A stretch of 64,000 bases of DNA from an uncultured delta proteobacterium. GTDB lineage: Bacteria; Myxococcota_A; Polyangia; Haliangiales; Haliangiaceae. This document shows positions 30,436-39,291 of the stretch, in pieces (positions within the stretch are counted from its first letter, which is position 1; every line of letters begins with the position of its first letter). The notes beneath the pieces are model-generated. The model was not told the DNA's origin. It made no database searches and saw only the letters and a list, made by a program, of their open reading frames with translations. The stretch is from positions 1,408,001 through 1,472,000 of the forward strand of contig CAWKDB010000002.1 of assembly GCA_963848295.1 (NCBI GenBank), in the 5' to 3' direction. Position numbers and translations under genes: made by a program.

Positions 30436-31109
30436 TGCTCGACCGGCGCGAGATCACGATCGCCGGCTTGCGCGCGATCGACATCGGCCCGCCCGATGCG
30501 GCGCTGTGCGTGCTCGTGCTGCACGGCCGCGAGATGGGCGCCGACGATCTCGCGCCGTTCGCGCAGGCGCTCGGCGTGTCCGCGCGGTTCGTGTTCCCCG
30601 ACGGTCCGCTGCCCGGCGTGACCCGCGCGCGGTCGTGGTGGCCGATCGACTCCGAAGCGCGCGCCCGCCGGCTGCAAGGCGGAGCCATGGAGCTCGCCGA
30701 GACCGATCCGACCGGTCGTGCCGAGGCGCGAGCCCTGCTCGGCGAGCTGCGGGCCGCGGTCGCGCCTCCCGCCGCGCGCGTCGCGGTCGTCGGGTTCTCG
30801 CAAGGCGGCATGCTCGCGATGGACTACGCGCTCCACGCCGAGCGGCCGCCCGATGCGATCGCGTTGCTGTCGTCGTCGCGCATCGCGTTCTCCCAATGGC
30901 AGCCGCGGCTACCGGCGCTGCGCGGCGTGCCGATGCTCGTCGCGCACGGCCATGCCGATGCCGAGCTCGCGTTCTCCGCCGGTGAGCGCTTGCGCGATGC
31001 CGCGATCGAGGGCGGCGCCGACGTCACCTGGCTCGAATTCGAAGGCGCGCACGAGATTCCGCTCGTCGTGTGGCGCGCGGTGCGCCGGCTGTTGCGCCCG
31101 CTGGCGTAA
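30435..31109 (+). CDS. Phospholipase/carboxylesterase (alpha/beta hydrolase)
   Basis: VLHG, GFSQGG, AHG.AD, FEGAHEIP; TAGTG coupling to the GH2 stop. Confidence 0.9.
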   Translation: MLDRREITIAGLRAIDIGPPDAALCVLVLHGREMGADDLAPFAQALGVSARFVFPDGPLPGVTRARSWWPIDSEARARRLQGGAMELAETDPTGRAEARALLGELRAAVAPPAARVAVVGFSQGGMLAMDYALHAERPPDAIALLSSSRIAFSQWQPRLPALRGVPMLVAHGHADAELAFSAGERLRDAAIEGGADVTWLEFEGAHEIPLVVWRAVRRLLRPLA

Positions 31110-31124
31110 GTCCCGTACGCTGTA

Positions 31125-32918
31125 GTGACGTTGCGCGCGCAGACCGCAGCAAGCCCGATCTTCTTCGGCCCGACGCGCGAGCTGTTCGCGTTCTATCACG
31201 CGCCGCTCGCCGCGCAGCGCGCGGGCTCGATCGTGCTGTGCCCACCGCACGGCTGGGACTTCGAGGCGACGTATCGCGCGTACGGGGACCTCGCCGAACG
31301 TCTCGCGCTCGCCGGCTTCGCGGTGCTGCGGTTTCACTACGACGGCACCGGCAACTCGTCGGGCGCGGATCACGACCCGGACCGGCTGCACACCTGGTGC
31401 GCCGATCTCGTCCACGCGGTCGAGGAAGTCCGCGCGCGCAGCGGCGAGCACGCGGTCAGCCTGTTCGGCGTGCGGATCGGCGGGCTCGTCGCGGCGCTGA
31501 CCGCGCCGAAGCTCGATGGCCTCAGCGCGATGGTGCTATGGGCGCCGACGATCGCCGGCAAGACCTACGTCCGCGAGCTCAAGGCGATGCGGCTCATCAA
31601 CCCGAACGAGTCGATCCTGACCGGCAAGGTGCAGGGCGGCGAAGAGGCCGGCGGGTTCATGTTGTCGGCCGAGACCGTCGCGGCGCTCGGGGCGGTCAAG
31701 CTGCTCGACACGCCGATCGGCGCGAAGCGCTACCTCGTGCTCGGCCGCGACGATCTGCCGCGCGGCGACGAGAAGTTCCTAGCGCACCTCGCCGCGGGCG
31801 GCGCCGAGGTCACCGCGGTCGACGTCCCCGGCTATCAAGCGATGATGGTCGATCCGCTCGAGTCGGTGATCCCGAGCGCGGCCTGGGATCGCGTCGTCGA
31901 GTATCTGTCCGACGTCCATCCGCTCGCCGAGCCGCCGCACGGTCGCGCGCTCGCCCCGACCGTCGCCGATGCTGCCTCGCAGGTGCGCATGGACGCCGGC
32001 GCGCCGCTCGTCCGCGAACGCGCGGTGCGGTTCGGCGGCGACAGCGAGCTGTTCGGCGTCGTGACCGAGCCGACCCGAGCGATCGAGCGCGCTGCCGGCA
32101 CGCGCACCGGCGTCATCTACTTGAACACCGGCGCGAACCCGCACATGGGCCCGCACCGCATGTACGTGCCGCTCGCGCGCGAGCTCGCGACCCGCGGCAT
32201 CGTGTCGCTGCGGTTCGATCTCGAAGGGTTCGCCGACTCGCCGCCGCGCGCGGGGTCGCCGCCCGACTCGTACTCGCCGTTCATGGTCGACAACACGCGC
32301 GCCGCGATCGATCTCATGCAGACGACGTGCGGCGTCAATCGGATCGTGCTCGCCGGGATGTGCTCCGGCGCCTACCACGCGTTTCACACCGCCCTCGCCG
32401 ACCCGCGCGTCACCGCGACCGTGTTGCTCCGGCCGCAGGTGTTCTCGTGGGAACACGACGAGGCGCTCGATCAGGACCGGCGCAAGAACTATCGGATCTG
32501 GCGCTACTACTTGAATCGCGCGCTCGATCGCGACGCTTGGCTCAAGGCGCTACGCGGCCAGGCGCGCTACGACTCGATCATCGGCGCGATCGCCGGCCGC
32601 GTGAAGACCGTCGCGGTCGACAGCAAGAACAAGATCGTGTCGCGGTTGCGCGGAGAGGATCGCAACGAGCCCAAGCTCGCGAAGCGGTTCCGCACGCTGC
32701 TCGAGCGCAACTCGACGGTGGTGCTCGTGTACAGCAAGGAAGACGCAGGCCTCGATCATCTCAAGCTCCAGGTCGGCGACTACCTCGCGGCGCTGCGCGC
32801 GAGAGACAACTTCAAGCTCGTGCTGATGGACGGCAAGGACTACACGTTCGCCGCGACCGTCAGCCAGGATCAGCTCAAAGAGGTCGTATCGTCGTTCATG
32901 ATCTCGCAGTTTTCCTAG
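31125..32918 (+). CDS. Tandem alpha/beta-hydrolase with two fused domains
   Basis: Domain 1: VLRFHYDGTGNS, GVRIGG. Domain 2: H.GP.RMYV.LAR.LA, RFDLEGFADS, GMCSGAY.AF. Confidence 0.85.
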   Translation: MTLRAQTAASPIFFGPTRELFAFYHAPLAAQRAGSIVLCPPHGWDFEATYRAYGDLAERLALAGFAVLRFHYDGTGNSSGADHDPDRLHTWCADLVHAVEEVRARSGEHAVSLFGVRIGGLVAALTAPKLDGLSAMVLWAPTIAGKTYVRELKAMRLINPNESILTGKVQGGEEAGGFMLSAETVAALGAVKLLDTPIGAKRYLVLGRDDLPRGDEKFLAHLAAGGAEVTAVDVPGYQAMMVDPLESVIPSAAWDRVVEYLSDVHPLAEPPHGRALAPTVADAASQVRMDAGAPLVRERAVRFGGDSELFGVVTEPTRAIERAAGTRTGVIYLNTGANPHMGPHRMYVPLARELATRGIVSLRFDLEGFADSPPRAGSPPDSYSPFMVDNTRAAIDLMQTTCGVNRIVLAGMCSGAYHAFHTALADPRVTATVLLRPQVFSWEHDEALDQDRRKNYRIWRYYLNRALDRDAWLKALRGQARYDSIIGAIAGRVKTVAVDSKNKIVSRLRGEDRNEPKLAKRFRTLLERNSTVVLVYSKEDAGLDHLKLQVGDYLAALRARDNFKLVLMDGKDYTFAATVSQDQLKEVVSSFMISQFS

Positions 32919-32960
32919 CCGGGCCCAATCTCGCCGGCTTGCAATGGGCCCGGCGCCCAC

Positions 32961-32990
32961 CGTGCGTTCGTGCTCGTGCTCGTGCTTTAG
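32961..32990. repeat. Short hexamer tract, (CGTGCT)-like
   Basis: cgtgcgttcgtgctcgtgctcgtgct followed by ttagaagccc. Confidence 0.5.
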
Positions 32991-33048
32991 AAGCCCGCGG
33001 AGATTGGGCGCCGCGCAAACCCCGGCCCCTCCAGACGGCTCGATTCCA

Positions 33049-34206
33049 TCAGCGCGATCCAAGCAACGCCCCGCTCGCGAGCTCAGCGACGAACTCACGA
33101 ACAGGCAAGACGTCGATCCCGTCGTCGGTGCGTCTTCGCTTGGGCTCCAGGCACACGACGACGCGCCTACCGATCCGCGGCTGATCGATCGCGAGCTCGC
33201 GCAGCCCCTTCAAGTGGTCGGACGTCACCCGAGCGGTTGCTTTGACCTCGATCCCAACCCGCATCGCATCCACGACAAAATCGACCTCGATCCCGCTCGC
33301 GAGACGCCAGTACGCGAGCTGCACCGGTGTCTCCGCGTAGGAGCTCGCCGCCGACAGCTCGTGAAACACCCAGTTTTCGAACGCCTTACCATAGAGCTCG
33401 CCTCCACGTTCGATCGAGCCTCGTCGGCAGAGATGGTTAACGACTCCGACGTCCGTGAAGAAGAACTTCGACGCGGCTATCACGCGCCGCTTCGGCCGCT
33501 TGGTGTACGCCGGGAGCCATCGGCCGAGCAGCGTGTCTTCGAGGATCTCGAAGTGAGCTTTCACGGTATGGTTGGAAACCCCGCAGTCGCGCGCGATGTT
33601 CGAAAAGTTGACGAGGTCTCCATCCGACAACGCCGCGACGTCGAGAAACCGCGAGAACACGGCGAGGTTCCGGACCAATCCCTCGGCTGCGATCTCCTCC
33701 TTGAGGTAATCGGCCACGTACGAGCCGAGCAGCCGACCGGCCCGTTCGGCAACGTAGATGCGAGGTAGGTATCCGCGATTGAGGATCCGGTCGAGCTCGA
33801 ACTCGCTACCGAGCTCGGATGCGGTGACTCCGAACAGCTCGTAGCGGATGGCACGGCCACCGAGCAAGTTCGCCGCCCCACGCTTTACCTTGCGCGCACT
33901 CGAGCCGCACATCGCGAACCGGGTCCGCGTGTTCTCGATCAGCCAATGCACTTCGTCGAGCAGTACCGGCACTTTCTGGATCTCGTCGATCACGACCTGG
34001 TTTGTTGGGCGCACGGTCAGCTCCTGCCGCAGCAACTCGGGCCGCTCGACGTAGCGCCGGAACTCGTCCGCCTTGAGCAGGTCGATCCAGATGGCGTCCG
34101 GATACGCCGTTCGTAGCAACGTCGTCTTCCCCGTCTGACGCGGCCCCCACAGAAACAACGACTCGGTGCCGGGCGCAGGCAGGACCAATGCACGCTGGAA
34201 CATCAA
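33049..34206 (-). CDS. AAA-type ATP-binding protein with DUF4143 C-terminal domain
   Basis: GPRQTGKTTL, IDEIQK, GSSARK...NLLGGRA, GYLP, KFFFTDVG, G.AFEN, YWR..SG.EVDFV..IEVK. Confidence 0.92.
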   Translation of the reverse strand: MMFQRALVLPAPGTESLFLWGPRQTGKTTLLRTAYPDAIWIDLLKADEFRRYVERPELLRQELTVRPTNQVVIDEIQKVPVLLDEVHWLIENTRTRFAMCGSSARKVKRGAANLLGGRAIRYELFGVTASELGSEFELDRILNRGYLPRIYVAERAGRLLGSYVADYLKEEIAAEGLVRNLAVFSRFLDVAALSDGDLVNFSNIARDCGVSNHTVKAHFEILEDTLLGRWLPAYTKRPKRRVIAASKFFFTDVGVVNHLCRRGSIERGGELYGKAFENWVFHELSAASSYAETPVQLAYWRLASGIEVDFVVDAMRVGIEVKATARVTSDHLKGLRELAIDQPRIGRRVVVCLEPKRRRTDDGIDVLPVREFVAELASGALLGSR

Positions 34207-34304
34207 CTACAAAATATCATGATAGTTGGAAGTCGAGGTCCCCTCTGTCGTTAGAGATCGATCTCGAGCTCCTCTGGGGACGAGATCCGGTGCGTGGCGC
34301 CGGG

Positions 34305-34338
34305 TTGACAGTTCGTGACGTTCTATTATGATTAGAAC
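34305..34338 (+). promoter_or_regulatory. sigma70-like promoter with overlapping GntR/YtrA-type operator
   Basis: TTGACA (34305-34310), 16-nt spacer, TATGAT (34327-34332). Palindrome GTTCTA-N7-TAGAAC (34320-34338) lies directly before the GntR GTG. Confidence 0.7.
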
Positions 34339-34340
34339 AA

Positions 34341-34688
34341 GTGCTGATCCGCATCGACCCGGGCCGAGACGAGCCGTTGCACGAGCAGATCGCGGCGTAG
34401 CTGCGGCGCGCGATCGCCGAGGGCAAGCTCGCGAAGGGTGCGCAGCTGACGCCGGCGCGCGAGCTCGCCGCGTCGCTCGGCGTCAACATGCACACGGTGC
34501 TGCGCGCGTGCGCCGCGTTGCGCGACGAGGGCCTCGTCGAGATGCGGCCCGGACGCGGGGTCACGGTGCTGGATACGGGGCCACCGCGCGCACGCGTCGT
34601 CGAGCTGGCGCGCGCGCTGCTCGCGGAGGGGCGCCGTCACAGCCTCGGACTGCGCGAGCTCAAGAGGCTGCTGGAGGATCTGTCATGA
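34341..34688 (+). pseudogene. GntR (YtrA-like) regulator with in-frame TAG at codon 20
   Basis: VLIRIDPGRDEPLHEQIAA*LRRAIAEGKLAKGAQLTPARELAASLGVNMHTVLRA...LRDEGLVEMRPGRG; TAG at 34398-34400. Confidence 0.85.
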
Positions 34689-35620
34689 GCAAGTCTCTGC
34701 GTGGGGTTCTCGGTGTCGTGCTCCCGGCCGGCTGGATCGCCGGCGCGCTCTTGCCGTTCGCCCTCGCGTGGCATCAGCTTCCCGAGCCGATGGCATCGCA
34801 CTGGTCGTTTGTCGGCGGGCCCGACGGGGCGTTACCGCGCGTCGTGATGCTCGCGATCTGCGGAGGAATGGCGTTGCTCGCCGCGATCGGAGCGTGGGTC
34901 GCGACGCGCCCCGGTCGGGAGAAGTCCGTCGGACCGGCTTGTGCGATGGTGACGTTCCTCGGTGTCGGGTCGGCCGGAATCTCCGCGCTGGCGATCGCGC
35001 TCAACCTCGACGCCGCGGACTGGCATGCGGCCCGGTCGATGCCGCTGGTCGTGCTGTTCGCCGGCATCGCCGGCAGTGCAGCGCTCGCGGCATACGTGTC
35101 GCGCCGAGCTCGCACGCTCGCGCCCGCCGTTGCAACCGCATACGCCGTGCGACCGTCGATCGGGCTCGGCGCGAGCGAGCGCGCGATGTGGGTCTCGACC
35201 GCGCACAACGATTCGATGGTCCTGTTCGCGGTCGCGCTCGCCGGCATCTCGGCGGCGCTGCTCGCGGTCGGACCTGAGTGGACCGCCGCGACGCCTGGCG
35301 TCATCGCGATCGCCTGCGCCGCGTTCGCGCGGATCCGCGTACAGATCGACGAGCACGACGTCCGCATCGCGTTTGGACCGTGGGGCTTTCCACGGATGCG
35401 CGTGCCGCTCGCGCGTATTCGCGAGGCGCGCGCCATCGAGCTCTCGCCGCTGTCCTGGGGTTACCGCGGCAGCCTGCGCATCGGCGGACGGGCCGCGATC
35501 ATCATCCGCCGCGGCGAAGCGGTCGAGCTGACGCTCGATGACGGCGAGATCCTCTCGATCACGGTCGACGATGCGGCGACTGGGGCCGGCCTCGTCAACG
35601 ACCTCGTCGCGCGAGGATGA
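34685..35620 (+). CDS. DUF1648-like membrane protein
   Basis: LPEPMASHW..G.PDG motif, several TM segments, C-terminal WGYRG..IIRRGEA; ATGA overlap with gntR. Confidence 0.8.
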   Translation: MSKSLRGVLGVVLPAGWIAGALLPFALAWHQLPEPMASHWSFVGGPDGALPRVVMLAICGGMALLAAIGAWVATRPGREKSVGPACAMVTFLGVGSAGISALAIALNLDAADWHAARSMPLVVLFAGIAGSAALAAYVSRRARTLAPAVATAYAVRPSIGLGASERAMWVSTAHNDSMVLFAVALAGISAALLAVGPEWTAATPGVIAIACAAFARIRVQIDEHDVRIAFGPWGFPRMRVPLARIREARAIELSPLSWGYRGSLRIGGRAAIIIRRGEAVELTLDDGEILSITVDDAATGAGLVNDLVARG

Positions 35621-36007
35621 CTACATCGAAGGAGCGAGCTTGACCGCACCGAGATCGACATCGCTATCGATCGGGCCGGCGACCGTGATGGTGTTCGGCG
35701 GAGGAGCGCCGCCGTCGGGCAGAACCTGGAGCACGATCTCGAGCCCCGTCGTCCCGGTTGGAACCGGGAACGCGAACCCACCGTCTTTGCAGCCGGCCTG
35801 CGTCGAGTAGGTGAACCCGGAGGAGTCGGTCGCCGAGATGCTGACGAGATCCTCGGGCAGGCCGGTGTCTCGGCAGTCGAACGCGTCGGTCGGGCCGACC
35901 GTGCTCTGCCGGGTCCACGTGCCGGACACCGTAGGCTCGTCGTTCGTGCAACCCGTCGCAGCCATACCCAAGAGGACGATCGGTAGTAACGCGGTGTACT
36001 TCGTCAT
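35621..36007 (-). CDS. Hypothetical lipoprotein
   Basis: MTKYTALLPIVLLGMAATG-C signal and lipobox. Possible sigma54 site CGGCACGACGGCTGCA just upstream (36020-36035, minus). Confidence 0.7.
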   Translation of the reverse strand: MTKYTALLPIVLLGMAATGCTNDEPTVSGTWTRQSTVGPTDAFDCRDTGLPEDLVSISATDSSGFTYSTQAGCKDGGFAFPVPTGTTGLEIVLQVLPDGGAPPPNTITVAGPIDSDVDLGAVKLAPSM

Positions 36008-36064
36008 GGTCGGATAATTTGCAGCCGTCGTGCCGGTTCCTAAGTCGTGGCCGCGCACGCGAGC

Positions 36065-36089
36065 GAGCCTCCCGCGGTGGTGGAGGCTC
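36065..36089. terminator. Possible terminator hairpin downstream of the cytochrome gene
   Basis: GAGCCTCC...GGAGGCTC inverted repeat; no clear U-tract. Confidence 0.35.
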
Positions 36090-36166
36090 ACCTTGTCCGC
36101 TCGATCATGAACAGACGTTACAGGAGGGTTGCAGCGCGCAGCTCGCGCACCTGCGAGCGCCACACG

Positions 36167-37819
36167 TTAGAGCCGCAGCCGCGCGAGTTGGCGAGTGCGC
36201 ACCTCGGAAGATGCACGCGGATCGTAATCGGTGTCGGCCACTCGATGCCCGAGCATCTGCTCGACCGCGAACAGCGTCCAGACGCGGACGAACGGCGAGG
36301 TGTCGTCGAGGCCGCGGCGCAGCGCAGCGGTGATCTCGTGACCGCGGCCGGCACGCGCGTAGGCCGCGATCGCGAGCAACCGCACGTCGGCGACAGTGCT
36401 CGCGAGCCAGACCGCGCCGACATCGCGATCGAGCGAGCCATACGCGTGCGTCCACGCCGCGGCCGGCGCGAGCGCGACTTCCCAGTCGGCGCGCAGCGCG
36501 TCGAGCGTCCACCCGATCGGGCGATCGAGGTGACACAGGTTGCACGCGTTCGGCGCGGCCACGGCGAGCAGCTTCGGATCGGTCGGCGACGAGATGCGAT
36601 GGGTGCGCACGACATGATCGATGCCGAGCACGACGCGCGGCATGTGGCAGTCGAGGCACGTGGTGGTCGCGTGGCCGGCGCCGGCGTGGCCGCGCGCGGC
36701 GGCCGGATCCGCGAGCGTGGCGTGACACCGCACGCACGCTGCGATCGCGCGGGTCTCGGTATCGGCGAGCCCGGCCTCGCCACGGTGCGGATCGTGGCAG
36801 TCGATGCAGCGGATCGTCGTGCAAGGCGACGCGTCGAGATCGAGCGCCTCGCTCGAGTTGCGCAGCGCGGTGCCGTCGGGCAACCGTGGCGACGGACCGG
36901 AGTGGCACTGCGCGCACACCAGGTTGACGACCCGCGGATCGCCGCGCTCGACGTCGAACCCGCTCGCCTCCGCGGGGAGCGCATCGGCCGCAGCCGGCTT
37001 GCGGCGCGCGCCGCGCGGTGTGAACTGCATCGACGCGCCACGCAGGTGGCCGGCGGCGCCGAGATGGCAGCTCTCGCAGCTGATGCCGGTCGTCACCTGG
37101 GCGGCGACCTCCAGCGTGCCACGCGCGGCTCCCGCGAGCGACGGCGCGTCCGGCCCCGGATCGAAGAGCTGCTCGAGCCCGTGGCCGACGTTCGCCGGCC
37201 CCGACGAGCGCGCGAGTCGCTGCTCGAACGCGTACGTCGAATGACACCACGGGCAGCGCTCGGCCCACGGTTCGCGCACCGGTGCGAACGCTTCGGCCGC
37301 TTGCTCGCGGCCGAGCCACGGATTGAAGTACGTCTGCGGATACCAGCCCGCGCGCCGAGGCCACCACCCGAACGGCAGCCGGACCTCGGTGCCATCGCCG
37401 CCGCGCTCGATGCCGACGTACTCCTGGAGCCCGCGGCGTCCGATCGTGCGCGTCACCTCGTAGGTCGTGGCCGTCGCGCCTCGCGCGAGCGTCATCACGT
37501 AGCGCGCTCCGTCGCGCGTGAACCGCGCCTCGCCACCTGCATAGCGCAGCGTCGCATTCGCGAAGTCACCGATCACCGCGCCGGCGTCGTCGGCCTTCGC
37601 GTTCATCACGCGGTGCAAGCTTTGCGACCAGCGGCCGTACTCGCCGGCGTGGCAATCGGAGCACGGCTTCGGGCCGACGTAGTCCGCGCGCGCGATGTTG
37701 TGCTCGACCGGCTTCGGCGGCGTGGCCGGATGGGCGACCGGCGGCGCGGCTCCGGTCTCGGGAGGCGAGCTTCGCGACGAACAGCCGAGGACCAGGGCGA
37801 GGACGACCGCGCGCCGCAT
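36167..37819 (-). CDS. Multiheme c-type cytochrome lipoprotein (8 CxxCH) with C-terminal HEAT-like region
   Basis: CSDCH, CPWCH, CESCH, CAQCH, CIDCH, CVRCH, CLDCH, CNLCH; lipobox VLG-C. Confidence 0.9.
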   Translation of the reverse strand: MRRAVVLALVLGCSSRSSPPETGAAPPVAHPATPPKPVEHNIARADYVGPKPCSDCHAGEYGRWSQSLHRVMNAKADDAGAVIGDFANATLRYAGGEARFTRDGARYVMTLARGATATTYEVTRTIGRRGLQEYVGIERGGDGTEVRLPFGWWPRRAGWYPQTYFNPWLGREQAAEAFAPVREPWAERCPWCHSTYAFEQRLARSSGPANVGHGLEQLFDPGPDAPSLAGAARGTLEVAAQVTTGISCESCHLGAAGHLRGASMQFTPRGARRKPAAADALPAEASGFDVERGDPRVVNLVCAQCHSGPSPRLPDGTALRNSSEALDLDASPCTTIRCIDCHDPHRGEAGLADTETRAIAACVRCHATLADPAAARGHAGAGHATTTCLDCHMPRVVLGIDHVVRTHRISSPTDPKLLAVAAPNACNLCHLDRPIGWTLDALRADWEVALAPAAAWTHAYGSLDRDVGAVWLASTVADVRLLAIAAYARAGRGHEITAALRRGLDDTSPFVRVWTLFAVEQMLGHRVADTDYDPRASSEVRTRQLARLRL

Positions 37820-38670
37820 CAGTCCCAGGTGACGCCGCACAGTCGCTCGCTCAGCGTCCACAGCTCGCGGGCGCTCGCGTCGTCGCGCGCGCGCTTCGAC
37901 GGCCGCGTCACCTTCGAGTTGCGGAAGAACTCGCCGGTCACGCCTTCGATCTCGGGCGAGCTCGCGACGTAGATCGACGTCTGCGCACCCTGTCGCGGCG
38001 ACTTGAGCAGCGGGCCGACCACGCGCGAGCCCTTGCGGAACAGCCAGCCACCGCTCTGGCCGAAGTTCGTGCGCACCGTGCCGGGATGCAGCGAGTTCGA
38101 CGTGATCCGCCGCGCGCGCAGGCGATGCGCCGCTTCGCGAGCGAACCAGATGTTGCACAGCTTCGCCGCGCCGTAGTTGCGGACCTGGCCGCGCCACATC
38201 GTGGGCAGCTCGTCCCACGCGAACGCCGGCGCGAAGTTGTGGCCCATCGACGACACGGTCACGATCCGCGCCGGAGCGGCCGCCGCGAGCGCGTCGCGCA
38301 GCTCGTACGTCAACAGGAACGGCGCGAGGTGGTTGACCCCGAACGTGCGCTCGAACCCATCGGGCGTCGTGCCATGGGAGCCGACGATCAAGCCGGCGTT
38401 GTTGACCAGCACGTCGACCCGGGGATAGCGCGAGCGGAGCTCGGCACCCGCGGCGCGGATCTGATCGAGCGACTCGAGGTCCGCCATCACGAGCTCGAGC
38501 TCTGCCGCCGGGGCGTCGGCCTTGATGCTCGCGACCGCCGCCTCGCCGCGGCCCCGGTCGCGCACGATCAGCGCGAGCCGCGCGCCTTGCTGGGCGAGCG
38601 CCCGGGCGGTCTCGAGCCCGATCCCCGAGCTGGCGCCGGTGATCACGACCGTCTTGCCTTGCACCGACAT
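37819..38670 (-). CDS. SDR oxidoreductase (retinol dehydrogenase-like)
   Basis: TGASSGIG, DVLVNNAG, VNHLAPFLLT, YGAAK, HPG.VRT. Confidence 0.93.
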   Translation of the reverse strand: MSVQGKTVVITGASSGIGLETARALAQQGARLALIVRDRGRGEAAVASIKADAPAAELELVMADLESLDQIRAAGAELRSRYPRVDVLVNNAGLIVGSHGTTPDGFERTFGVNHLAPFLLTYELRDALAAAAPARIVTVSSMGHNFAPAFAWDELPTMWRGQVRNYGAAKLCNIWFAREAAHRLRARRITSNSLHPGTVRTNFGQSGGWLFRKGSRVVGPLLKSPRQGAQTSIYVASSPEIEGVTGEFFRNSKVTRPSKRARDDASARELWTLSERLCGVTWD

Positions 38671-38739
38671 GGGCGCAGCCTACCCGAACCTCCCGGTTCG
38701 CCGGCGGAAGATCGGCACGCCGCCGCCGGTTGAAGCCAC

Positions 38740-39291
38740 GTGACCGAACTGCTGGCCCACTACATCGCGCGCGGCGCCGAGCCGTGGAACGTGTCGACCG
38801 AAGCGGCGTGGCTCGACTACCAGCTGCGCGCGTGGATCGGGCCGCGGCTGCCCAAGCGCCGGCCGTTGCGCGCGTGCAACGTCGGGATCGGCGTCGGGTT
38901 GTGGGACGACTGGCTCGGCTACGAGCTGGGGCCTGGCGCGACGCTGGTCTCGGTCGATCGCGATCCCGAGGTCTGCCGGACGTTCGAGCTGCGGCAACAG
39001 CTCGAGCGCCACCCGTTCGCGGCGCGCGTCGTGTGCGCCGATGCGCGCGTCGCCGACCTCGGCTCGTTCGACCTGATCACGTGCGTCGGCAACCTGCGCG
39101 CCGAGCACGGCGGGGCGCTCGAGCCCGCGCTGCGCCACGCGCTCGCGCCCGGCGGCGTGTTGCTGCTCGGCGATGTGCTGCTCGCCGGCGATGCGCTCCC
39201 CGCCGGCGCCGAGCTGCGCCAGTTGCACGAGATCATCGTCGCGTTCCGCGCGATCCACAGCGATCCGACCGCGCTCGCCGCCGCTTCGTGA
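38740..39291 (+). CDS. Class I SAM-dependent methyltransferase-like protein
   Basis: NVGIGVG, VSVD, ADA, FDLI, LAPGGVLLL. Confidence 0.7.
   Translation: MTELLAHYIARGAEPWNVSTEAAWLDYQLRAWIGPRLPKRRPLRACNVGIGVGLWDDWLGYELGPGATLVSVDRDPEVCRTFELRQQLERHPFAARVVCADARVADLGSFDLITCVGNLRAEHGGALEPALRHALAPGGVLLLGDVLLAGDALPAGAELRQLHEIIVAFRAIHSDPTALAAAS

Noticed and set aside
34398..34400. Amber recoding (pyrrolysine or readthrough) in gntR
   Set aside because: No pyl genes are seen and TAG is a normal stop in many genes here; a point mutation or sequencing error is simpler.
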